NCBI GenBank assembly: GCA_944320495.1
Contig: CALUHR010000006.1
Coordinates: forward strand, 31,275 to 95,274
Direction: 5' to 3'
DNA length: 64,000 nt
DNA from: Candidatus Methanomethylophilaceae archaeon
Lineage (GTDB): Archaea > Thermoplasmatota > Thermoplasmata > Methanomassiliicoccales > Methanomethylophilaceae
Shown in pieces: positions 40,973 through 52,962 of the stretch (positions within the stretch are counted from its first letter, which is position 1; the number at the start of each line of letters is the position of its first letter). The notes under the pieces are model-generated. The model had not been told where the DNA came from. It saw nothing but the letters and a program-made list of their open reading frames with translations, and did not search any database. The position numbers and the translations under genes were made by a program.

Positions 40973-42508
40973 ATGGAGCTCGGGATACTCCCAATAAACA
41001 TCGGCAAGATACTGGACGGAAGGACTGTAGAGAATAGCCGTCTTGAATACAAGGAGGGTTGGAATCCTGAACGTATCCTCCACACGATATGTGCGTTTGC
41101 CAACGATTATGACAACATGGGAGGTGGATACATAATCATAGGGATAAGGGAGGATGGCGGTCTCCCTGCCGAGTTTCCAGGCGTGACCCCCGAGGAGATT
41201 TCCAAGATAGACAGAGAGTTGACGAGATTATGCAATCTTCTTGAGCCGAGGTATATGCCAAGGATGTCCCAGGAAACCTATAGGGGTACCACCCTCTGTG
41301 TGATATGGGCACCTCCGGGCGAAAGCCGTCCGTACACCTGTCCAGTATCGGTAGGAGATGGAAAATCCAAGGAAAGGGCGTACTACATCAGAAGGCTGTC
41401 CAACACGGTCCGTGCGGATCACGATGAGGAGGTCGCGCTGATCAGGGGGTCATCGAGCAAAACCACCTTCGATAACAGTGTGAATGGCACGGCTACGATA
41501 ACCGATATCTCGTGGCCGTATGTGAGTGAGTATCTGACGTCTGTGGGAAGCAACATCGACGTTGAGACGGCATCCGCCATCTCCGTGTACAGGGCCATGG
41601 GGATAGTCCGTGGTCCCAGCGACCTCCCGCGTCCGGTGAACGTCGGTCTGATGATGTTCTCGATGCATCCTGAGGAGTTCTTTCCGAAGACATATGCCGA
41701 GGTGTCCGTGATTGATCAGGCTTCAGGCGAGGTGATGCGTGATGTGAGGTTCACGGGGCCGGTCGCCTACCAGATCCAGCAGATGATGATGTTCCTCAAT
41801 AACGGCATCATAGGTACGATCACGAGGAAGAGATTCGACAGAATCGAGGCCGAGACCGTGGTCAACTATCCGGTGGCGGCATTGAGGGAGGTCGTGGTGA
41901 ATGCCTACTTCCACAGGGACTACGAGATCCAGGAGCCGGTGAAGGTGAGGATCTACAGCGACATGATCGCCGTGATAAACTATCCCGGTCTTGACAGGAG
42001 CATCACCCGGGAGAACATGGACCGTGGTGATTTCCGTTGTGACTATTGTCGTAACAGCCGTCTCGGGGACTATCTGAAGGAAATGGATCTTGCGGAGATG
42101 CGCAACAGCGGGATACCGATGATATTCAAAGCGATGAGGGATAACGGATCCCCTCCGCCGAGATTCATAACGGATGATGACCGTAGATCGATACGTGTGG
42201 AGCTTCCCATACATCCGTATTTCTTGGAAGAGGAGTCGCCCTCGGACGATTCAATAACGACCGTCGATGGGGCTGCCGGTAGAACCCGGACACCCGATGA
42301 GATAAAGGACGGCATCCTGGAGGTTCTGAGGGAGAGGGGGTGCACGTCGTCATCGGAGATCTCGAAGGCACTCGGCTATTCCAGAATCACAGGGGCCTTC
42401 CGTCGTTGTCTGAATGAGTTGATGGATCAGGGATTGGTAGAGTACAAGTATCCGGATAAGCCGAACGACAAGAGACAGAAGATCTGTCTCGTCAGCAGAC
42501 ATTCATGA
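40973..42508 (+). CDS. Schlafen/AlbA_2 domain + RecG-C-like (HATPase_c_4) + winged-helix protein
   Basis: ENSRLEYKEGW...ICAFAND...GGYIIIG; NYPVAALREVVVNAYFHRDY; RNSRLGDYL; C-terminal HTH. Confidence 0.85.
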   Translation: MELGILPINIGKILDGRTVENSRLEYKEGWNPERILHTICAFANDYDNMGGGYIIIGIREDGGLPAEFPGVTPEEISKIDRELTRLCNLLEPRYMPRMSQETYRGTTLCVIWAPPGESRPYTCPVSVGDGKSKERAYYIRRLSNTVRADHDEEVALIRGSSSKTTFDNSVNGTATITDISWPYVSEYLTSVGSNIDVETASAISVYRAMGIVRGPSDLPRPVNVGLMMFSMHPEEFFPKTYAEVSVIDQASGEVMRDVRFTGPVAYQIQQMMMFLNNGIIGTITRKRFDRIEAETVVNYPVAALREVVVNAYFHRDYEIQEPVKVRIYSDMIAVINYPGLDRSITRENMDRGDFRCDYCRNSRLGDYLKEMDLAEMRNSGIPMIFKAMRDNGSPPPRFITDDDRRSIRVELPIHPYFLEEESPSDDSITTVDGAAGRTRTPDEIKDGILEVLRERGCTSSSEISKALGYSRITGAFRRCLNELMDQGLVEYKYPDKPNDKRQKICLVSRHS

Positions 42509-43014
42509 GAGGTCTTATCGATGTCCGGGGACATCCGGTTCGCATGCAGCAGAGGATGATCGACCACCGGATGGGGGAGGACGATGTGTGGGGGCTTCTC
42601 GAGAGGGCCAAGGTGGCGGCCATCGCCACCGTCAACGATGACGGTACCCCGTACGTCACGCCCGTCCATTTCGCATGCCTCGATGGGAGGATCTACTTCC
42701 ACGGCCTCGGCAAGGGGCAGAAGATCGGGAACATGATCGCGAGGCCCAGTGTGTCGATGACCGTCTGGGAGATGGGTTCCCTGATCATCGAGGGGGAGAC
42801 CCCATGCAACGTGAACACAGGCTACGGGAGCGTCGTCGTCTCCGGCAAGGCGACCATCGTCGGGGACATGGTCGAGAAGGATGCCGCGCTCAGGGCGCTC
42901 ATAAGGAAGTACGTCCCCCATATGTGCGATCGGCGGATGCCGGAGGCATCCGTCAGGAACACGGCAGTGGTGCGGGTGGATCCGGAGAGCGTCACGGGCA
43001 AGACCCACCCGTGA
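42505..43014 (+). CDS. Pyridoxamine 5'-phosphate oxidase-like (NimA-type) flavin-binding protein
   Basis: GTPYVTPVHF, IYFHGLGKGQK, YGSVVVSG, VTGK. Confidence 0.85.
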   Translation: MRGLIDVRGHPVRMQQRMIDHRMGEDDVWGLLERAKVAAIATVNDDGTPYVTPVHFACLDGRIYFHGLGKGQKIGNMIARPSVSMTVWEMGSLIIEGETPCNVNTGYGSVVVSGKATIVGDMVEKDAALRALIRKYVPHMCDRRMPEASVRNTAVVRVDPESVTGKTHP

Positions 43015-43039
43015 CGCTGTGGAAGCGGTGATGGTGTTA

Positions 43040-43465
43040 TCGGGCCAGGTACTCGTCCAGGACGTTCAGGGCATCCTTGACCATGTCGACCTTCATCTTG
43101 ATGTTGTGGTACATGAACCCCATGCCGCTTGCGGTGCTGTCCACGACGCCTCCGGTCTCGGCGAGGTGCTCGTTGCCGATGTTCCTGACGCCGTTCATCC
43201 TACCTGTGGTGGATTCGATGTACTCCTCCAGGTCGTCCCTGCAGGTCCTCGGGTCCTCCCTCGGGCCGTCCGCATCGTAGAGGAGGACGTTCCTGGATCC
43301 GCAGTACGGGCAGGTGTCGAGTCTCATGTCCATTTCCGGGAGGGAGAGGCGGCTGTCCTTGCACACGAACACCTCCGCGTTGTACTGTGTCAGGAGGCGC
43401 TGGCAGCAGCACAGGACCATCCTGTCGTCGATCATCAGCAGTTTGCCGATGGGGGCTCTGAGCAT
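43040..43465 (-). CDS. Hypothetical protein with a CPYCGS Zn-ribbon; ends CGA-TAA
   Basis: CCC and CPYC motifs, host-like codons; start ATG 43465 inferred. Confidence 0.6.
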
Positions 43466-44083
43466 GGGTCGGGCGAGATGCATGGATGATAATAGAATTA
43501 ACGACGGAGTTGCGGTCAGCTCCATCCGTCTGACGAGGGGCGCGATCCGATTTTGTTCCTGTTATCAATGTATCGGACCGTCCTCCGATCGGTTTTCTGG
43601 ATGGATTAGATTCATGGGAGCAGATGTTGGGTCAACCAATCAGATATCTCCAGACTATCAAACACGACACGACTGGTCTTCGAAATCCAACGATGGTCTG
43701 TAACATTCAAGCACAGGATCAGATACATTCACATCGGTATGGTTATACATTCGAATGAGAACCTGATATTGAGCTACATCTGTACTGTAATCCGTATGTA
43801 TCGATTTGAATCATTCCGGGAATGGTAGCCGTGAAGATCCTATTCCAACTCACAGAAATCGACTATATCAACATGAATGGGTATGTCTGTAACCATGGGA
43901 AGAAGGATCGACTTATAATCATGATAATATCATATTATATTATTGAGATACTTTAGTTAATATTTAACTATTATCTTAATCAAATAAATTAAATAATTGA
44001 TATTATTATTTTAATATACTGCCGAATGGCAGGAATTCGAGATAGGGAATGGTGATTCGAAAATCGGATCTTAGGAGGTAGGT

Positions 44084-44620
44084 ATGGAGAAGAAGGAAGT
44101 GGCGATAATTCTCGGAGTTCTCGCCATCGTGATCGTTGCGATCGTGTTGCTTTCGACATCGAGCGATAACAACAGGATCCTATACATAAACGATGGCTTG
44201 ATTGAGACCGATCACTTCGATCTCACGACGGAGGAGGGTTCCATCGCGAATGGAACCATATTCTACATCGATGAAGGCGAGGATCTGCGGGCCTTGATTG
44301 TTGCAGATTTGCATATCGTTCCAGATACATACTACATGGGCCTATACATGTATCTGGAAGGGGGCATAATCCCCGAGACATTCTACAGCGAGTACAATCT
44401 GGGAACTCCTGGGGTTTCACATGTATATAGAGCCTCGGAAAAGGATGAAGATGGATATCCAGTAAGCTATACTCTGTGGGTCGATCGTCATGCTATTGGC
44501 GGATCTGGTGCGATAGTCATTGATTGTGCTATCAAACCTACATTCGAAAGAGGCGTAGACACGATAAAGATTGTCATTCAACTTGGTAGTGTCAGTGAAC
44601 ATTTTACACAAACACTGTGA
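44084..44620 (+). CDS. Membrane-anchored hypothetical protein (low-GC island)
   Basis: RBS AGGAGG, N-terminal TM helix. Confidence 0.7.
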   Translation: MEKKEVAIILGVLAIVIVAIVLLSTSSDNNRILYINDGLIETDHFDLTTEEGSIANGTIFYIDEGEDLRALIVADLHIVPDTYYMGLYMYLEGGIIPETFYSEYNLGTPGVSHVYRASEKDEDGYPVSYTLWVDRHAIGGSGAIVIDCAIKPTFERGVDTIKIVIQLGSVSEHFTQTL

Positions 44621-44634
44621 AAGGAGAATTTCAA

Positions 44635-46641
44635 ATGTCAACGAATGCTATCACCAGATTTGGTTGCATTATTGTTGCCATTCTACTTCTGGCTACAGTT
44701 GCAACCGGTGTGGCTGAATCCGCACCATCTGACAACTCATCATCGAACAGTGATGAGGTAAAGCCCAATCCACTAAATTTGCCTGCTATGTGCTATTCCA
44801 ATGAAGCTCATGCACAGACAAAGTTTGGCTATGCATATGCAACAACGGCTATTGGCACATGGAGAGGAACATGGACCGATAGCGGACATTGGATGTATGA
44901 ATACGGATTGACTGGAATTGGTTCGTATGATGCAAGCCGTATTTTTGGAGCCAAGTTTGAAGTCAAGGAGATTGAAAATCCTTCTGCAATGACACTGTAT
45001 CTGGGTGTCGATGAGGGGGGTGTCTGGAGCACTAATGGTTCAGATGGCTCACAAATGGCTATCAGTAATGCAGCTGAGGCGATAATTGGTGTGGCTATTT
45101 CAGCAATAGGTGGGCATATCGATTCTGCTTGGACTGCTGTAACGACAATAATTGATCTAATGAAGTCAGGGGCTTCTCATACTGAAGCCCAATATTCAGA
45201 TTTGTTGAGTTGGAATTGGTTGGTAGGGGTTGAAGAGACTGGTCAGTATTCCTCTTTCGTTGTCCAAGTGGATGCCGATAATACAGCCTCAATATCGACA
45301 GAGTACTCCATCTACTATGGAAGCACAGAAGCCGATATAAAGTGGCTGTCAACAGGAGTGTTCGAATTCCAAATGCCTGCCACTGGCAATCCCAACACCA
45401 TGACCGAAGAGGAAAGGATCGAGAACAATATCATAACCGTACCAAGAGACCAGATTGCGTATAAGGCGGCCGAACTGGACATATCCCCGTCTCAGGTGAA
45501 GTCTCTCATAGAGTCTGACCAGGATGAGTTCTACTTCATAGGAACGTCTCCGATCTGTCTTTCACATGATGTACAGGAGATGCAGTCAGTTCCGGTTTCT
45601 AACGAATCATATATGACATCTCAGGTTCCGGAAACCACCGAACTCGTCGTTCTTTCCGACTCGGATGCAACCATCTCATCTATAGAGATGCCATGCAACG
45701 TATCCATCCAAACGACATTCGATTCGATCGGCAGGGACGACATCGTTCTCATCGACGGAGATTGGGCAACCACGGTGGAGCGTCATCAGTTGAACTCCAA
45801 GGTTCGTGATCTCGTAGACAGTGGTAATGCCGTTCTGTTGATGTCCGAGTCTTCGGAACTCATCTCTTCAGAGAACACAGGGTATTCGACGGCTTTTGCT
45901 ACCGATGCAGATGTGTATGGGATACGTCACGATCCTCTATCAGGTGCCACGTACTGCTATAGCTATGTTGGAATGGATGCAGAAGACTCCATGCTGACCG
46001 CATACGAGTGGGCCGAATCATACAAGACGGCCAATATCACGAGAAATGCTACCACTGACCCTCCGATTCTATACGCCTTCACCAAGGTCAATCAAGGAGG
46101 GCTCGGAGAGATGGTCATCGAGACCAAGTACACCAAGAGTAGCACCGACGACTGGGAAGTGAATCTGATATTGACCGAGTACAGTCTCACCGGAACCCCA
46201 TATCCGGATTCCTCCCTCTTCGAGAACAATAAGGCCATTGCCGACATGACGATATCATGCGAACATGTGAACTCGGAGCTTCTGGACTATGGTCCTTCAT
46301 TCTCATCCAGTACACTTGAAAACCACACTGTCGATTTGGAAGCGTTACAGTCCACTGTGCACGTCGAAAAGAACTGGGACTATACGATTCTGGAATGCGA
46401 GACCACCGTCAACGTACAGGGTGATTCCTTCGAGATACACTACGACACTGACGAATATGGTAGCCACAAGACAGAATCAAAGACTGCGAGACCAGGAACT
46501 ATATGTTTGGCAACGAATGAAGGACCATACTGCTATCAGGAAACTGAGTACTACTCGGTGAACTATCTGTTGGACAAGGCATGGTCATTGGAGGACACAT
46601 ACACACTCGATGAATGCTCGATGGTCGTGTCCATATTCCGA
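44635..46641 (+). CDS. Large secreted Ser/Thr/acidic-rich protein (low-GC island); first CGA 46639-46641
   Basis: RBS AAGGAG, signal peptide; ...VVSIF-CGA-TGG-TGA. Confidence 0.7.
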
Positions 46642-46939
46642 TGGTGACAGAAGGATCGATGAAAGCAATCCAGTCAATCCGTCGACATGATCGGGGAAAC
46701 TTCCTCGCGAGACGGGTGTGAAACAAAGCCCTGTGAACAAACAGCCCCTTCCAGACAATGGAAGGGGCACATCCTCATCAGTATGTTGGGATCTTAGAAA
46801 CAATCTTCATTCGAGTTGGTAGGGTCCCCACCCCACAAAACTATCACGATTGGGCTGAATCTTACATCCAACCATCCATCTCGAACGCATCCTTGAATGG
46901 GCCGACAGAGAACTTCCTGTCAGTCGAACCATGCCTCGC

Positions 46940-48490
46940 TCGATGCCTCAGGGTCATCATCGGCGATTTCGGCAGCTGCGCATCCAATGCGGAGAGGATC
47001 CTGCGCGTCCTGGGCGTGGCGCCCACGGTCTGCCAGACTATGCCGTCCCCGCGGGCCAGTATGGTGTCCAGCCACCGTATAACATCGACCAGGGGATCCG
47101 AGTAACCGGCATCGGAGAGACGGTTCGACATCTCGCACCATAGGATCAGTGCGATGAAGCGGATCATGGACATCCCGTGCTCCTTCTCCTCCAGCAGGTT
47201 GATCCTGTCGATCATCAGGTCCTCCCTGAGCATCGATATCGCCTCATCGAACGCACGTCCGTTCTCGAGGCAGTCCATGACATCCTCCCATGTCTCGAAC
47301 CCGCGGGTGTAGAGGACCTTCACACCGTTGAGGGCCACATCCAGCTCGTCCTGTTTCACCGAGATCCGAAGGCGCCCGTCCCTGATGCCGATGTCGAAGA
47401 ACCGTGCGTAGCGTCCTGCGACGTCCCTGAACTGCTTGATGGCCTCCGCCGGATCGAGCTTCCTGAGATGTCTCTCGATGACGGTTATGCGGGCCATCAG
47501 GCGTTCGGGTTCCTCGACGTCGTCGTCCTCGCGTCTGAATGCCCAGACGGTTATGCGGTCCTGTGGGCGGGAGGTGTGGATCTTCGGATCCCCCTCGGAG
47601 ACGATCTCCATGGTTTCCGTGTCATCGGTCCTCTCGGGTGCCTCACGGAGTCCGCGGATGTGTTTCGATACGATGCCCGCCTCGACCGAGCATACTCTGT
47701 ACCTCTTGCCGTGACGCTCGTGCAGCTCGCCATCGTCGACCATCCCCGCGACCTTCACGGCACACGGCGTGTCCGGCAGCGCGGTGGTGATGAACTCCGC
47801 CCCGCGCTCCACCATCCTCTCGATCCATGCGGCGCTTCCGGGGTAGGTGCGTTCGTAGATGTAGGTGCATCTGTCGGCTCCGAGCTCACGCATGATCTTC
47901 ATGTAGTTGATCATCTCCATCTCCCTCAGGGACTTGTAGATGTCAATGGTGAAATGGACGGGGATGCCATTCCTGTCGTTCTCGAACATTATCACAAGGT
48001 CCGCATCGCCGAACACGGTGCTGCCGTCCTCGCCCACGATGCTGCTGTCATACGAGTATACCTGGGGGGCCCTCGCGACGCGGAGGCAGAAAAGCTCCCC
48101 GCGCCCATCGGCATCCGATCCCAGGTGCTCCAGCAGCTCGTCTATCATCGACGGATGGAAGACGTCCTCGATCCCGAGGAGCTCCCGGGACATGTTGCCC
48201 TCCATCTCCTCCTTGAATGATGTGGGATACGCACAGGATTGGAGCAGCGATACGGCACTGGCCAGTGCCCAGTCGCCGTATTGGCCGTAGGCCTTGCGCA
48301 GATCCTCCCTGAGGCCGCAAGATTCCGATATGCGGATCAGGGCGTGGCAGGAACCGAACTTCTTCGCCGTGAGTATGCCGGCGCCAACCGTGTACGGTCT
48401 CATCCTGAGCCTGGTCTCCTCGAGGGACCTGTCGATGTCCCTCGTCATCCTGTTGATGCGGTCGTAATCGTCGATCGGTCCTTCGCTCAT
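46940..48490 (-). mobile_element. IS1634-like transposase-derived gene, probably inactive; ends at CGA 46940-46942
   Basis: FGSCHALIRISESCGLREDL, RELLG, GIPVHF, WCEM...LSDAG; paralogous to the neighbour; standard-code ORF ends at 46862. Confidence 0.6.
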
Positions 48491-48491
48491 C

Positions 48492-50225
48492 TCACATCCT
48501 CCACTTATCCGGGTCCTGCGATCCGGTCTGTCTGGTCATCATGTCGGTGGTGCGCATCCCGGGGGCGTACTCATACGGGGCTGACGGGATGCTCGGTCCG
48601 GGCAATGGCACATGGAGGGCCTCGTAGATCCTACGATGTGCAGGGGATATGTCGCTGATCCTCCAGGTCGATTCGTCTCCGATCGCCATCACCGTGTCCA
48701 GTATCTGCATGGCTGTGGATACGGGCATCTCTATGCCAGATTCGGAGAGGCGCTTCGTGCACAGGCTCCACAGCGTCAGTGCGCAGAATTTCACCGCCAT
48801 GCTCTCCATTATGGAGGGCGTCCTCCCGTTGACCGTCCCGGTGGTCAGGTTGGTCTGCATGACGTTCAGCTCCTTCTGGAAGATGCCGCGGCATCTCGCG
48901 CATCTCATCATGTCGCTCCAGCTCCTCACGCCGTGGGACATGACCACGAATATGCCTTCGCGGTTGAGTGCGGCGGACACGCCCTTCTGTCTAACCTTGA
49001 TCTCGAGCTCCCCTTCGACGACCCTCATATCCAGATATCTGCTGAACTCCCCTGCGATGTCCCTGACCCTGTCGACCGCGTCGTACGGGTCCATGGATCT
49101 GAGCTGATCCTCTATGTCGGCGAGCCGGCGGGACATCCTCTCGCGCCCATCGTCTGAGCCCGAACCGTATTCCAGGCAAGCCCATGCCGATATGCGCAGA
49201 TCCAGGGGGACCGAGAAGAAGCGCTGGTCGGTCGGGAGTATGATCTCGAACTCCGGAGTCTCGTTGTCCTCCTCACGACAATCGATCCTGCGTTGGATCT
49301 TGCGGGGTACGATGGCAACCTCCGAATCGTAGCCCACGTACGTCTTCCCGTCGAAGTGCCTGATCGAGCTCTGGTCGGTCCTGTTCTTGACCACCTGGCT
49401 CATCATGTTCTTGACGAAGGGGGTCCTCCTCAGGGCAGGGATGGCGTAGTCCATATCGACGCATCTGGACAGGTTGTCCGCATGTCCGGAGTCGGATTCC
49501 AGGATGACTACGCATCTGGGGCACCCGTTGTCGATCATCCACCTGTGGATCTCCATCATCCTGGATCTCGGAAGGCGGATGTCGTACGTGGGTTCCATGA
49601 ACAGGGGCGCACCATCCCCGTCGGTCACGATGCAGAAGCGATGCTCCGGGGATGTGCCAGATCCCTGATTTATCCAGTCGTTGGATATGTCCGGGTCCGG
49701 GTCGTAGGTCTTTTCGAAAACATATGCCTCGGATGTGCGGGCGATGCGGTTCCTGTAGAGCGCCTGTATTGAGTCGGCATCCTCGCAGGCCCTTTCGGTG
49801 GTGTTCAGGACGTCATCGGTCGTCTATGTGCCGCCCATGCCGAGAAGCTCCCTGACCATGTTGGTGTCTATCTCCGGTTCGAGGAAGTACATGGGTCCGC
49901 CTGTCAGTATGACCGATATGGCGGTCGCGAGTATGCAGTCCCCGTCGCGGCCGAATGCCGAATGGAGGTCCTCGCGCAGCCTGCAGGATTCGGACAGGGA
50001 GACCAGCGCATGGCTGGCACCGTAGCTTCTGACGACTCCGTTGTTGGGGATGATCTGGACGGGCTTGGCCCTGGACTTCTTCTTTATGATGTCCCCTGTG
50101 TCCGGGTCTATCTTGCCGATGTATTCCGTGACGGTGCGCTTACGGTGGGTCTTGGCGTCGTAGACGGAGGTGCTCCTGTACACATACTGCCTCCCGTCCT
50201 TCTCGACTATGAAATTCTCCGCCAA
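48492..50225 (-). mobile_element. IS1634-like transposase-derived gene with in-frame TAG at 49824-49826
   Basis: N-terminus YVYRSTSVYD...EYIGKID typical of IS1634 transposases. ORF pieces 49824-50225 and 48492-49628 are in one frame, separated only by the TAG. Confidence 0.7.
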
Positions 50226-50379
50226 GACAGAGCACCCCTGCCCGCAGATGGGCTGTACATATTTAAGGGTGAATAATCAGAATCCAAAGTGCCAGACAGT
50301 AGGATTTGCATCTAAGGTTTATATGTACACGGCATTGACGGGTCGAAGTCCGCCGGACCGGCGGCCGGGTGGAACACGC

Positions 50380-51783
50380 ATGGCAGAGGAGTACTTCACA
50401 AGGATGGGCGACGGTCGCCGCATATTCATGACACGCCAGTGCATCATGGACGACATCCACGATGGCGTATACGATGCAGTGGACGCCGCGGGCGTCCCGG
50501 CCCTCTCCGAGGACGACATGGAGTACATCTGCGACGTCATCTGCATGAAGAGCAGGATCGTCGGCGTGGAGCCCGGCGATGAGGCCGTCCTCTCGAACGA
50601 CGGAGGGCAGCTCAAGATAACCCAGGACAGCGGCGGATCGGGCGTCGGGATCGACATGAGCCGTCTCGAGGCCATCCTCATGCACGAGCGCGGTTTCGCC
50701 CATGACTCATTCGAACTTGGATGGACCGACTACTCGATCAAGGCGATCAAACCGATCATCGCCAACGAGATGCAGGCCATAGAGCAGTTCAACCTGACGA
50801 CGACAATCCCGCTCCTCTATGGTGCGATGCCCAACATGGGTGCATATTACGCTCCGGACGGTCCATACGGGAACCCCACGGACCTGATGAGGAACTTCAA
50901 GATAGAGGAGGCGAAGGAGCAGGCTGAGAGGGCGACCGAACATGTCGCTCGCGACATAACCTACGTGACGACCCTCCTGGATTCCGCTGGATGCGAGGGG
51001 TTCAACCTCGATACGGTGGGATCCGCCGGGGACGGGGACTTCGTCGCGGCCCTCCGCGGATGCGAGGCGTACCGCAAGGCCTGCCCCAACGCCTACATCA
51101 ACATCGGGATGTCGTCAGAGACGGTCCTCGGGATCCACGGATCCCTGGAGTACGACGGGAAGGTTGTCGCAGGGATGTATCCCCACGACCAGGTGAAGAT
51201 GGCCGCCAAGGCCGGAGCGAACGTCTTCGGGGTGTCGGTTAACACCAACACCTCCATGAGCTACGCATGGAACGTCGCCCGCGCCGCATGCATGATCAAG
51301 GAGTGCGTCAGGCAGTCCCCGATACCGGTGCATGCCGATCTGGGTATGGGCGTCGGCGGGGTTCCGATGCACGAGACCCCTCCTGTGGACGCGACATCCC
51401 GCAGCACCAAGATAATGTCGGAGCTGGCGCACGTCGACGGCATATAGGTCGGGGTCGGGGACCCCATCGGCATGGCCGCCACCCACTCCCTCGCTGGAGG
51501 GATGGGCGGGATGAGGGCCGCCGGGGACCTCGTCGCCAGGATGATGTTCGGCAGGAGCATGAAGCTGAGGGATGCCAAGGAGTACGTGGCGAAGAAGCTG
51601 GGCGTGACCACTCTGGACCTCGTGGATGTGAATGTCATGAGGGAGCTCCGCGAGGAGCTGGGCCTCGGGACCATAACCGCCCTGCCCGGCACCCCCAAGG
51701 GGATGCCGGCCAAGCTCAACATCGAGAAGCTCCTGGATGTGACCATCAACAGCTGCGAGCACTACAGGTCTCTCCTGAACTGA
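50380..51783 (+). CDS. mtbB: Dimethylamine:corrinoid methyltransferase, Pyl at codon 356 (TAG 51445-51447)
   Basis: YFTRMGDG start; VDGI-TAG-VGVGDP; the frame continues to a MtbB-like end ([15 protein letters not shown]). Confidence 0.95.
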
Positions 51784-51795
51784 GGATGTGCCAGC

Positions 51796-52296
51796 ATGGA
51801 TGACCGCCGCAACATGAGGCTCGAACTGCTGGTCGGGATCTATTCGAAGATCGGCACCGCCGAGCGCATCGATGACGGCGAGCTGATCGCCCGTGCGGAG
51901 TACCATCACGAGGACGAGAAGCAGTACGGGATCCAGAGCATGAACCTCTGGGGTCTGCAGGACCATGAGATAACGTTCATCTACTCCGGTGGAAGGCTGG
52001 ACCTCGAGACCTACGGGTCCAACATGAGGCGTTCGGTCGAGGAGGCCGGGGATTCCGTCAAACCCGGCAGGAAGCTGAGGAGCGCCACCGTGACCTCGAT
52101 CATGGTCTACGACTCCGCCGATGACGATGTTGTCGCCGCGGTCGAGGTGCACAATGACAAGACGGTCCATAAGATGTCCCTGAACGGTTGGACGATCAAC
52201 CGCGTGGCCCTCGTCCTCACGGATGATCGCAGGGTGGTCGTCGACAGGAGGGGATCATCCCTCTCGCGCAGACTCACCCGCATCGCGGAGATCTGA
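51796..52296 (+). CDS. Hypothetical protein
   Basis: 12 nt after mtbB, coding-like codon use. Confidence 0.6.
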   Translation: MDDRRNMRLELLVGIYSKIGTAERIDDGELIARAEYHHEDEKQYGIQSMNLWGLQDHEITFIYSGGRLDLETYGSNMRRSVEEAGDSVKPGRKLRSATVTSIMVYDSADDDVVAAVEVHNDKTVHKMSLNGWTINRVALVLTDDRRVVVDRRGSSLSRRLTRIAEI

Positions 52297-52310
52297 GACG
52301 GACTCAGATC

Positions 52311-52808
52311 TCAATCCCGGCTGGATCCCAGGTTCCGGATGAAGTCTTCCATCCCCTCGGGGCATTCGTCCTTCGGTATCAGGGCGACGGTGTTCTTGTC
52401 GATCATTATGTAGAACGCCGTCTCGACCTCGTAGACGTTGTAGAGGTCGGCGTACCTCACCGAGTAGCGGGTGCCTGTCGGGGTGTCCACATCGAAGCGG
52501 TCGGCATAGAAGCGGTAGGTGACGGGCATGGACCTCGTCTCCTGCCTGTAGACCCTGTCGTCGATGCGCTTCTGGGACCAGAGCATGTATGCATCCATCA
52601 GGACGCCGAGGAGTGCGAATGGGGCCACATAGATCCAGTCGTCCAGGACGTATGAGATCGATGCGCCGATTATCAGCGATATGACGATGTAGAAGACGAG
52701 CTTCGCGGGTGTCTTCTTCAGGGCGATCTTGTAGAAGTCGAAGAACTTCTGATACTCGTCCCTGGTGTATGTCAGTTCCAGTCTGTACAGGGGTTGTTCC
52801 GGAGACAT
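52311..52808 (-). CDS. YcxB-like membrane protein
   Basis: Two TMs, then VTYRFYADRF...RYADLYNVYEVETAFYI...LIPK. Confidence 0.75.
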   Translation of the reverse strand: MSPEQPLYRLELTYTRDEYQKFFDFYKIALKKTPAKLVFYIVISLIIGASISYVLDDWIYVAPFALLGVLMDAYMLWSQKRIDDRVYRQETRSMPVTYRFYADRFDVDTPTGTRYSVRYADLYNVYEVETAFYIMIDKNTVALIPKDECPEGMEDFIRNLGSSRD

Positions 52809-52925
52809 GGTATCACTATTGGCCGCTCGGACCGGACGCTCCGGGGAGCGCCGTGCGGTCCCGAGGAGATGTGGGTCAGCCCCCATTCCGATAGGAGGAG
52901 AGATGCCGAGTTGCGGGGGCTGATC

Positions 52926-52947
52926 CCCTGCGGCCTTGGCCGCAGGG
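52926..52947 (-). terminator. Hairpin after the mtbC-mtbB-TSUP operon
   Basis: CCCTGCGGCC-tt-GGCCGCAGGG 10-bp stem. Confidence 0.55.
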
Positions 52948-52962
52948 TGGGGTTTGTGAGGA

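Noticed and set aside
40826-41103. Small ORFs with poly-CL, poly-CA or poly-TS tracts
   Set aside because: Translations of the (GCACAA)12 repeat; no independent coding evidence.
43570-43920. Possible amber-interrupted gene in the intergenic stretch
   Set aside because: The frames I translated contain TAA/TGA or several stops and no recognisable motif.
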